DNA from: a virus | Taxonomy: Duplodnaviria; Heunggongvirae; Uroviricota; Caudoviricetes | Strand: one strand, 5' to 3' | IMG/VR virus record: IMGVR_UViG_3300028103_000015 | DNA length: 14,338 nt | Shown: positions 7,729 to 13,670 of the stretch, in pieces | Layout: each line of letters starts with the position of its first letter | How positions within the stretch are numbered: position 1 is the stretch's first letter | Made by a program: the position numbers and the translations under genes | The notes under the pieces: model-generated | The model's input: the letters and a program-made list of their open reading frames with translations, nothing else | What the model was told of the DNA's origin: nothing | The model's database searches: none

Positions 7729-8076
7729 ATGCACGAACTACATAAAGTTGAGAAGGGTTGGGGTCACGAACTCTGGATCCATAACTCCCCAGAATACTGC
7801 GGAAAACTGCTGGTTTTCAAGGCTGGCAAGAAGTTCTCAATGCACTTCCACAAGATAAAGCAGGAGAGCTGGTATGTAAGCAAAGGGTCCTTCCAATATA
7901 CATGGGTGGACATGTCTACAGGCACCCTCTATACAGACTATCTGAAGGAAGGAGATGCTCTAACCATTATGCCCTACCACCCTCACCAGCTGGAAGCTCT
8001 AGAAGATGGCATCATATTTGAGGTGAGTACACAACACTTTGATGAAGATAGCTACAGACTATGGAAGGGGGACTAA
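7729..8076 (+). CDS. Cupin-fold protein (sugar isomerase-like), 115 aa
   Basis: KGWGHELWI...YCGKLL, metal motif 1 SMHFHKIKQESWYV, motif 2 IMPYHPHQL, then EVST. Start moved from the TTG at 7690 to the ATG at 7729. Confidence 0.75.
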   Translation: MHELHKVEKGWGHELWIHNSPEYCGKLLVFKAGKKFSMHFHKIKQESWYVSKGSFQYTWVDMSTGTLYTDYLKEGDALTIMPYHPHQLEALEDGIIFEVSTQHFDEDSYRLWKGD

Positions 8077-8471
8077 GGGTATGGGTGAATGGAGCATTTG
8101 ATGTCCTGCATATAGGGCATATTCAACTCCTTAAAAGAGCTAAAGAGTTTGGTAGTGTGAGAGTGGGTGTTGATAGTGACGCACGTGTTGCAGAATTAAA
8201 AGGTGATAGTAGACCATTTAACAAGCTGTCTGACAGAATAGATTTCCTGAAGAGCATTAGGTATGTGGATGAGATAGTATCATATGATTCTGAGGAAGAG
8301 CTCACCAACCAAATCAAACTTTATGAACCAGACATCATGGTGATAGGATCTGACTACATGGGAAAAAGAATAGTGGGGGCTGAATATATAACACAGATAG
8401 TATTCTTTGACAGAATAGAACATAAATCAACTACATCAATATTAGGGTATGAAGCTGGTGGTAATAGGTGA
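8061..8471 (+). CDS. rfaE2: D-glycero-beta-D-manno-heptose 1-phosphate nucleotidyltransferase-like (HldE/RfaE domain II), 136 aa
   Basis: NGAFDVLHIGH, VGVDSDARV..LKGDSRP, PDIMVIGSDY, KSTTSI. Adjacent to a RfaE domain I gene. Confidence 0.8.
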   Translation: MEGGLRVWVNGAFDVLHIGHIQLLKRAKEFGSVRVGVDSDARVAELKGDSRPFNKLSDRIDFLKSIRYVDEIVSYDSEEELTNQIKLYEPDIMVIGSDYMGKRIVGAEYITQIVFFDRIEHKSTTSILGYEAGGNR

Positions 8472-9189
8472 TGTCTGCAAGGATGTCTTCATCTATGGAG
8501 ACTGTAAACGCTTAAGTCCAGAAGCACCTGTACCTGTATTTAATCCAGTGGAAACAATAGAGAACTCAGGAATGGCTGGTAACGTGGTAGCCAATCTAAG
8601 TGCTATCAACCCCAACCTGCAGATAAATTTCCATCACAACTTTGAGAACATTACCAAAACCAGGTATGTAGATAAGAAGACCAATCACCTTTTCCTAAGA
8701 GTGGACGATGAGCCAAAGGTGAATAGAATATTCCTCACAGCTCAGCTTATTGAGGATGTAGAAACTGCAGATGCTGTGATTGTGAGTGACTATGACAAGG
8801 GATATCTAACAGAAGATGACCTGCAATATATAGCTGTTAAAGCTAAGTGGTCCATCTTAGACAGCAAGAAGCATTTAAAACCACACACCATATCAAACTA
8901 TTCATTCATCAAACTGAATGAATCTGAATACAATAAAAACAAACAGTCTCTAATTTACATGAGAGACAAAGTGATAGTGACACTTAGTTCCAAAGGAGCA
9001 ATGCATAAAGATGTTACATACAGCTCCCCAAGTCCAAAAGAAACTATAGATGTAAGTGGTGCAGGAGATACGTTCGTTGCAGCATTTACAATTAAATACT
9101 TGGAAACCAAAGACATATCTACGTCTATTGAATATGCCAATCTTATGTCATCTATTGTGGTGGGTAAGAGAGGTGTTGTAACCCCATAA
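8449..9189 (+). CDS. rfaE1: D-glycero-D-manno-heptose 7-phosphate kinase-like PfkB kinase (HldE/RfaE domain I), 246 aa
   Basis: VIGDVCKD..YG..RLSPEAPVPV, GMAGNVVAN, TKTRY, SDYDKGYL, DVSGAGDTFVAA, AN...IVVGKRG. Confidence 0.87.
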   Translation: MKLVVIGDVCKDVFIYGDCKRLSPEAPVPVFNPVETIENSGMAGNVVANLSAINPNLQINFHHNFENITKTRYVDKKTNHLFLRVDDEPKVNRIFLTAQLIEDVETADAVIVSDYDKGYLTEDDLQYIAVKAKWSILDSKKHLKPHTISNYSFIKLNESEYNKNKQSLIYMRDKVIVTLSSKGAMHKDVTYSSPSPKETIDVSGAGDTFVAAFTIKYLETKDISTSIEYANLMSSIVVGKRGVVTP

Positions 9190-9204
9190 ATAATTTCTAA
9201 CTAC

Positions 9205-9246
9205 ATAGCACACTATTCCTGTTCGGAGGGAAGGGTGTGCTATTTT
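9205..9246 (+). terminator. Probable intrinsic terminator ending the heptose operon
   Basis: ATAGCACAC (9205-9213) pairs with GTGTGCTAT (9235-9243). An inner TTCCT/AGGGA stem surrounds a GTTCGG loop, and a short T run follows. It lies 15 nt after the rfaE1 stop. Confidence 0.65.
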
Positions 9247-9261
9247 CCATTATGTAATGAA

Positions 9262-9549
9262 ATGAAAGAGAACGAGTCTGTAACAGCAATCAAATCTTGG
9301 GTGTTCCCAGGTCTCATCACAGTGCTAGCAGCCATTATTTGGAGTGATGTACAAGAGATCAAGTCTGATGTAAAGGCCCTAATGGCCCAGTCAAACATTG
9401 ATAAAACTAGGATTGATAACCTAGAACGAATAATATACCAACAAAACGATCCCATAAAAACCTTCTATCCAGGTTCAGAAAGAACCTTGGCAATATTGCC
9501 AAACAACAATTTTGAATTTAAAAAGAAGGAAAATGAAAAAGTTCTTTAG
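9262..9549 (+). CDS. Single-TM protein with coiled coil (holin/antiholin-like), 95 aa
   Basis: WVFPGLITVLAAIIW TM segment then EIKSDVKALMAQ..RIDNLE heptads. Start moved to the ATG at 9262 because 9235 lies inside the terminator. Confidence 0.55.
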   Translation: MKENESVTAIKSWVFPGLITVLAAIIWSDVQEIKSDVKALMAQSNIDKTRIDNLERIIYQQNDPIKTFYPGSERTLAILPNNNFEFKKKENEKVL

Positions 9550-9787
9550 TGACTTATTCAATGATGACAACAAGATTAATGAAAAAAGCTTCATTGGTTT
9601 TCTTGCATTTGTAATGATGACAGTGTTTGCTGTGTCAGACATCGTTACAGGATCTCTTGGTAAGGATCTGGTTATTAATGACTTCATTTTTAACGCGTTC
9701 CTCTACCTCACTCTTGGATGTTTTGGTATAGCATCCATAGACAAATACATTAACAAAAAAGGTGATAGTGATGAACAAGCTTCTTAG
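9533..9787 (+). CDS. Two-TM holin candidate, 84 aa
   Basis: Two hydrophobic helices (FIGFLAFVMMTVFAVS; FIFNAFLYLTLGCFGIAS) and a charged C-terminus, in the lysis cassette. Start at the ATG at 9533. Confidence 0.6.
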   Translation: MKKFFSDLFNDDNKINEKSFIGFLAFVMMTVFAVSDIVTGSLGKDLVINDFIFNAFLYLTLGCFGIASIDKYINKKGDSDEQAS

Positions 9788-10364
9788 TGTAATTATCGTA
9801 GTGCTTATAGGCTTTTTAGTATTCAAAGGAAATGGATGTGGAGGGGATGTCCCCAAAGCTGACACAGTGGTGGTGCATGACACATCATGGCAAGTGCATG
9901 ATAGCCTCATCATTAAGAAGATGAAGGTGAAAGAAGTGATTCATGACACACTGCCTCCTGAGTATATAGCTGATACAAACTACCCAAAGCTGAAGGCACA
10001 ATACGAAGAATTGGCTAAAGCTTTCCTGGCTAAGAAGATATACGCTGATACACTAAAACTTGACACTCTAGGATATATAGCTGTAGCTGACACTGTACAG
10101 AAGAATGAACTTCAGAATAGATCGTATGACTACAAATATAAAATCCCAACAATCACCAACACTGTCACCATAACAAAACAAGACCCACCTAAAGGTGCTT
10201 TATATGTAGGAGGCGGTGTGTCTGGAGAGAAAACCAATGGAATAAATTCTGTAAGAGGAGGGTTGCTTTACAAAACCAAGAAGAACACCATGTTTGGTGT
10301 ACATACTGGCTTTGCAAACAACCAGCTGGTTTATGGAATAGACGCTTATTGGAAACTTAAATAA
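9771..10364 (+). CDS. N-anchored envelope protein with four C-terminal amphipathic beta strands (spanin candidate), 197 aa
   Basis: N-terminal TM/signal LLSVIIVVLIGFLVF with a possible weak lipobox GNGC, a DT-rich periplasmic part, and Gly/aromatic-rich strands ending YGIDAYWKLK. Confidence 0.55.
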   Translation: MNKLLSVIIVVLIGFLVFKGNGCGGDVPKADTVVVHDTSWQVHDSLIIKKMKVKEVIHDTLPPEYIADTNYPKLKAQYEELAKAFLAKKIYADTLKLDTLGYIAVADTVQKNELQNRSYDYKYKIPTITNTVTITKQDPPKGALYVGGGVSGEKTNGINSVRGGLLYKTKKNTMFGVHTGFANNQLVYGIDAYWKLK

Positions 10365-10371
10365 ACTATAA

Positions 10372-10500
10372 ATGGAAAAATTGATTGAGCTCTTAAAGAG
10401 TCTGTTCAGCAAGGGTGGCCTTGTTGAGAAGGTTAAAACCATCAAACAATTAGACAAAGAAGTTAAGAAAATAATCCCTGCTAAAAAAAAGAAGAAATGA
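10372..10500 (+). CDS. 42-aa cationic amphipathic peptide (not in the ORF track)
   Basis: MEKLIELLKSLFSKGGLVEKVKTIKQLDKEVKKIIPAKKKKK. It fills the gap after the upstream gene, and its TGA overlaps the endolysin ATG (ATGA at 10497-10500). Confidence 0.65.
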   Translation: MEKLIELLKSLFSKGGLVEKVKTIKQLDKEVKKIIPAKKKKK

Positions 10501-11096
10501 ACCTAGAGAAACTGAAAGGACATATACCAGATGATGTGATTGCACAAATCCCTGAGGTGGGAGAGAAGTTTCAAATCAATTCTCCTCTCAGACTAGCCCA
10601 TTTCCTTGCACAGTGTGGACATGAGAGTGGTGGGTTTAAATTCAAATCAGAGAACCTCAACTACTCAGCTGAAATCCTCAGAAAGGTGTTCCCTAAATAC
10701 TTCCCAGACATTGTTGTAGCTAAGCAATACGAGCGTAAGCCAGAAGCTATTGCTAGCAGAGTGTACGGAGGGCGTATGGGTAATGGTCCTGAGGCTTCAA
10801 AAGAGGGGTTCAAGTACAAGGGTCGTGGCTTCATCCAACTCACAGGGAAGCAGAACTACACTGCATTTGATGCTACAGTGCCTGAAGATATACTAGCTAA
10901 TCCAGACTTGGTAGCCACTAAATACCCCCTACTTTCAGCAGCCTGGTTCTGGAATAGCAGGAAGCTGAACAGCATAGCTGATCAGGGAGCAACGGATGAA
11001 GTGGTTACCAAGATTACCAAGCTGGTAAACGGTGGCACCATAGGACTAGCAGATAGGATTAAACACTTCAAAGAATATCATAAACTGTTAGGATAA
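10497..11096 (+). CDS. Glycoside hydrolase family 19 endolysin, 199 aa
   Basis: RLAHFLAQCGHESGGF, ENLNYS, YGGRMGN, YKGRGFIQLTGKQNY, SAAWFW, TKLVNGGTIGLADR. Confidence 0.92.
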   Translation: MNLEKLKGHIPDDVIAQIPEVGEKFQINSPLRLAHFLAQCGHESGGFKFKSENLNYSAEILRKVFPKYFPDIVVAKQYERKPEAIASRVYGGRMGNGPEASKEGFKYKGRGFIQLTGKQNYTAFDATVPEDILANPDLVATKYPLLSAAWFWNSRKLNSIADQGATDEVVTKITKLVNGGTIGLADRIKHFKEYHKLLG

Positions 11097-11479
11097 TGGC
11101 AAACGCTCAACCTAAACCCAAACCTAAAAGATCTAGGAGATCTGGACTTAAGAAAGCCAAGCTTATTAAGAAAAACATTGATGTGATCTATAATTTATGG
11201 ACACAGATGAACGCTCAACAGCTTACAATCATCATCATTATTATAGGGTTGTTTATAAGCAGTTGTGCTAATGTTAAATATGTTTATGTTGACCCCAAAG
11301 ACTCAGTGGTGAGAAGACAGAGAGTAGTATATGACAACTATATAGCACCTAGTCCTTTTTATGATCCGTTCTTTAGGCCCTATTTCTGGGGACCTAGACA
11401 GATTATAATTGTACCTAGAAACCAGCCCCAAAGACCAGGATTTGGTCCATTGCCCCCAACACCTAAACCCCGTAGATAA
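11096..11479 (+). CDS. Proline-rich lipoprotein (o-spanin-like candidate) with a basic N-terminal extension; alternative start at 11207
   Basis: TAATG overlap with the endolysin stop. Hydrophobic IIIIIIGLF then lipobox ISSC (Cys codon 11264-11266), and a Pro/Arg-rich C-terminus. Confidence 0.6.
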   Translation: MANAQPKPKPKRSRRSGLKKAKLIKKNIDVIYNLWTQMNAQQLTIIIIIIGLFISSCANVKYVYVDPKDSVVRRQRVVYDNYIAPSPFYDPFFRPYFWGPRQIIIVPRNQPQRPGFGPLPPTPKPRR

Positions 11480-11480
11480 A

Positions 11481-11786
11481 ATGGCTACATCGAAAAAAGG
11501 AGTGAGCGTATCAGCCAATCCTCTTCCAATATCCTTTAAAGACTTTGCAAAGAATCCTGTAGTGGGCACCCTGTTTCTGGTGCTCATTGCTATTTCCTAC
11601 CTGTATATAGACATTCGTTCTACATTCCAAGATCAAGCTAGAAAGCAAGATGCTCGCATTGAGAAGGTGGAAGGAAGACTAGACCTTGTACAGGATGCCC
11701 TAAGAAGAAGTGACAGTGCTAAGGCTGTAACAAGTACACAGCTTAGGACCCTTCAAGAACTAGGAGCCATCAAAAAAGTTAACTGA
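11481..11786 (+). CDS. Single-TM coiled-coil protein (i-spanin-like candidate), 101 aa
   Basis: VVGTLFLVLIAISYLYI TM segment then QARKQDARIEKVEGRLDLVQDAL heptads. The ATG at 11481 immediately follows the upstream stop. Confidence 0.6.
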   Translation: MATSKKGVSVSANPLPISFKDFAKNPVVGTLFLVLIAISYLYIDIRSTFQDQARKQDARIEKVEGRLDLVQDALRRSDSAKAVTSTQLRTLQELGAIKKVN

Positions 11787-12118
11787 TGAAACAACTTTTA
11801 CCCATAATCCTTATAGTTTTCTATTCTTGCCAATCTGGTAATGCTCAAAAGGTAGACCCTACACTTGGTGAAGATAGAGAGTTTGAGGAGTTTATGAAAC
11901 AAGTGAATTATAATCAAGCAGTTGCAGCAAAAATACAAGCTGAAGCTGCCAAAAGCCAAACCAAACTAGTAGAACAAACAGTATCCAAAATTGTCACCCT
12001 CAAAACTGAGGTGACAACATTAAAAACAGAACTCAACGATGTTAAACAAAAGCTTGATAGCGTTACTGCTGACACTGGGAACACTTACAGGGTGGTCCCA
12101 ATCGACCACTTACCCTAA
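11786..12118 (+). CDS. Coiled-coil lipoprotein (o-spanin-like candidate), 110 aa
   Basis: MKQLLPIILIVFYSC lipoprotein signal, heptads IVTLKTEVTTLKTELNDVKQKL, TGATG overlap with the upstream gene. Confidence 0.65.
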   Translation: MKQLLPIILIVFYSCQSGNAQKVDPTLGEDREFEEFMKQVNYNQAVAAKIQAEAAKSQTKLVEQTVSKIVTLKTEVTTLKTELNDVKQKLDSVTADTGNTYRVVPIDHLP

Positions 12119-12440
12119 AACCAAAAGGATAGGACAGGACTCTGTCGTAATAATAACCATCAAGCAAGCTGACCAAATTAATGATACATTCCGTCTTTAC
12201 AAAGACAGCATAGCATTAACCATAGACAGCATAATAAAACAGAAAAAACTATTAGACAGCCTCAGGTTGGAACATTACAACCTAAAGAACGCTCCAAATG
12301 AATACAAATGGAAGTATGAGGCCAATAGGGAGATCTACTTCAAAAGAGAAGAGTCTATAAAGAGGGATGAGAAATACCATTTCCTTCAGAAGATAATGCT
12401 TGTAGGTCTTGTTGTATTCTTATTCTCTCAATTAAAATAA
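12039..12440 (+). CDS. Exported protein with N-terminal signal peptide and C-terminal TM anchor, 133 aa
   Basis: MLNKSLIALLLTLGTLTGWSQ signal, a central coiled-coil-like part, and a terminal IMLVGLVVFLF segment. Overlaps the upstream gene by 80 nt. Confidence 0.6.
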   Translation: MLNKSLIALLLTLGTLTGWSQSTTYPKTKRIGQDSVVIITIKQADQINDTFRLYKDSIALTIDSIIKQKKLLDSLRLEHYNLKNAPNEYKWKYEANREIYFKREESIKRDEKYHFLQKIMLVGLVVFLFSQLK

Positions 12441-12445
12441 ACCAC

Positions 12446-12577
12446 ATGGCAAAAGCAAAAACCAGCAAAGGAGAAGCTACAAAGATCTCCTTTGGCAAAA
12501 GAAAGAAGGGCAAAGCTCAGAAAACTCAGGGTCCTAAAGACAAACCAGTGAGCAAGTATAGGGGGCAAGGAAGATGA
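12446..12577 (+). CDS. 43-aa highly basic peptide ending KYRGQGR (not in the ORF track)
   Basis: MAKAKTSKGEATKISFGKRKKGKAQKTQGPKDKPVSKYRGQGR. Starts 5 nt after the upstream stop and overlaps the next gene by ATGA. Confidence 0.7.
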   Translation: MAKAKTSKGEATKISFGKRKKGKAQKTQGPKDKPVSKYRGQGR

Positions 12578-12717
12578 AAAAGATCCTATCCCTAATAGTG
12601 TTAGGTTGGGTAACCGTGGCATTATTCATACAGCTTACATTCGTAACACTGTCTTTCACAAACCCTGATAAGGCTACACAGCTGGCTAGAAGAATGATGA
12701 ACACCATCTCTAACTAA
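12574..12717 (+). CDS. 47-aa single-TM membrane peptide (not in the ORF track)
   Basis: MKKILSLIVLGWVTVALFIQLTFVTLSFTNPDKATQLARRMMNTISN, with an ATGA overlap at 12574-12577. Confidence 0.6.
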   Translation: MKKILSLIVLGWVTVALFIQLTFVTLSFTNPDKATQLARRMMNTISN

Positions 12718-12728
12718 GTTAGTTAGAG
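12708..12728. repeat. Perfect 10-bp inverted repeat with 1-nt spacer (terminator or operator)
   Basis: CTCTAACTAA-G-TTAGTTAGAG, covering the stop of the last cassette gene and followed by TCGTTTT. Confidence 0.65.
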
Positions 12729-12769
12729 TCGTTTTAATCAATCTTGTTATTGTAATTTGTTGAGGCTCA

Positions 12770-12799
12770 TTGTTTTTTGTTATAAACACCATATTTTTG
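12770..12799 (+). promoter_or_regulatory. Probable Bacteroidota-type promoter for the Ser/Thr-rich protein genes
   Basis: TATTTTTG at 12792-12799 matches TAnnTTTG. TTG at 12770-12772 (3/4 match to -33) lies 19 nt upstream. The region is an AT-rich gap. Confidence 0.55.
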
Positions 12800-12806
12800 T
12801 ATACTT

Positions 12807-13454
12807 ATGGCCATACCATCCCGTCAGATAGGCTGGGGCACACAGGACAACCTGCTGTGGCAGATTGCAAAGCAACTGGAGGGAGCCTCTTGTCAGCTCT
12901 GTACGTTGAATGATAACATAGCCACTATTACAGGCACCTCTGGTACAAGTGGGACTAGTGGTGTTAGCGGATCTAATGGTACATCAGGTACCAGTGGGCT
13001 TTCTAGTTTTAAATACGGATCTTTCTATAGCACTGTGGATCAATCACTTGCAAAGGATGCTATAGGACCTTTTACATTTAACAACACAGACCTAAGTAAT
13101 GGTGTTAGTGTGGTTTCTAGTTCAAGAATTACACTGGCTAACGCTGGTAAATACAACATCCAGTTTAGTGCACAGTTTCATCACATAGGTGGTGGAGGAT
13201 CTGGGGAAACAGTGAACATATGGCTTGCTAAAAACGGCTCAGATATAGCTGACTCAAACACAAGACTCACTATCACCTCTAGTACTAAGTATAGTGTGGC
13301 AGCCTGGAACTTCTTTGTAGATGCTTCAGGAGGAGACTATTATGAAATCATCTGGTCTACAGATAATGCCAATATAAAAATAGAACATGAGGCTGCTGGT
13401 GTGCATCCTGCTATACCATCAATAATTTTAACAGTCAATCAAATAGGAATATAA
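12807..13454 (+). CDS. Collagen-like (Gly-Thr-Ser) fibre/decoration protein with a C-terminal beta-sandwich (BclA-CTD/C1q-like), 215 aa
   Basis: N-terminal module with CQLC, seven Gly-X-Y triplets, then YGSFYST...FTFNNTD.SNG...ITL.NAG.YNIQFSAQ...IWL.KNG.DI..SN...GDYYEI, the pattern seen in BclA/C1q-type trimeric heads. Confidence 0.62.
   Translation: MAIPSRQIGWGTQDNLLWQIAKQLEGASCQLCTLNDNIATITGTSGTSGTSGVSGSNGTSGTSGLSSFKYGSFYSTVDQSLAKDAIGPFTFNNTDLSNGVSVVSSSRITLANAGKYNIQFSAQFHHIGGGGSGETVNIWLAKNGSDIADSNTRLTITSSTKYSVAAWNFFVDASGGDYYEIIWSTDNANIKIEHEAAGVHPAIPSIILTVNQIGI
12933..12998 (+). repeat. Gly-Thr-Ser tripeptide repeat (GTSGTSGTSGVSGSNGTSGTSG)
   Basis: 22 codons with Gly every third residue. 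Synonymous codons vary between units (ggc acc tct / ggt aca agt / ggg act agt). Confidence 0.9.
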
Positions 13455-13455
13455 C

Positions 13456-13605
13456 ATGGCAATACCATCAAGGGGCATAGGTTGGGGTACAACGGAGAAC
13501 TTGTTGTGGCAAATTAGCAAACAGCTGGAAGGAATATCTTGCCAGCTTTGTGATTTGAATAACAATTTCACTACCACCACAACCACCACCACATCACCAG
13601 TGTAA
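13456..13605 (+). CDS. 49-aa paralog of the fibre protein N-terminal module with a poly-Thr tail (not in the ORF track)
   Basis: MAIPSRGIGWGTTENLLWQISKQLEGISCQLCDLNNNFTTTTTTTTSPV. 30 of the first 37 aa are identical to the 12807 protein. Confidence 0.85.
   Translation: MAIPSRGIGWGTTENLLWQISKQLEGISCQLCDLNNNFTTTTTTTTSPV
13570..13593 (+). repeat. Poly-threonine tract (8 Thr codons)
   Basis: act acc acc aca acc acc acc aca. Confidence 0.85.
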
Positions 13606-13608
13606 TAT

Positions 13609-13651
13609 TTTGCGCAAAGTACCTAAAACAGGTACCGTTCGCAAATTTTTT
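13609..13651 (+). terminator. Probable intrinsic terminator after the 49-aa gene
   Basis: Outer stem TTTGCG (13609-13614) / CGCAAA (13640-13645), inner stem GTACCT-AAAAC-AGGTAC (13619-13635), then TTTTTT (13646-13651). Confidence 0.65.
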
Positions 13652-13670
13652 ATAACCAACAAAACTACAT

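Noticed and set aside
57-9189. Interpretation as a DNA hypermodification cluster
   Set aside because: No nucleotide hydroxymethylase, dNMP kinase, polymerase or beta-glucosyltransferase-like gene is visible, and the recognisable families act on proteins or glycans. It is not excluded beyond this window.
8123-10843. Minus-strand ORFs 8123-8317, 8955-9140, 9240-9455, 9475-9687, 9635-9913, 10200-10457, 10661-10843
   Set aside because: They are antisense to a continuous, translationally coupled plus-strand gene run, with no independent evidence.
11303-12622. Minus-strand ORFs 11303-11587 and 12428-12622
   Set aside because: They are antisense to coupled plus-strand genes, including the small ORFs at 12446 and 12574 that explain the region better.
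13605-13612. ATATTTTG as a possible -7 promoter element for the last gene
   Set aside because: It does not match TAnnTTTG in register and lies within the terminator-like hairpin.
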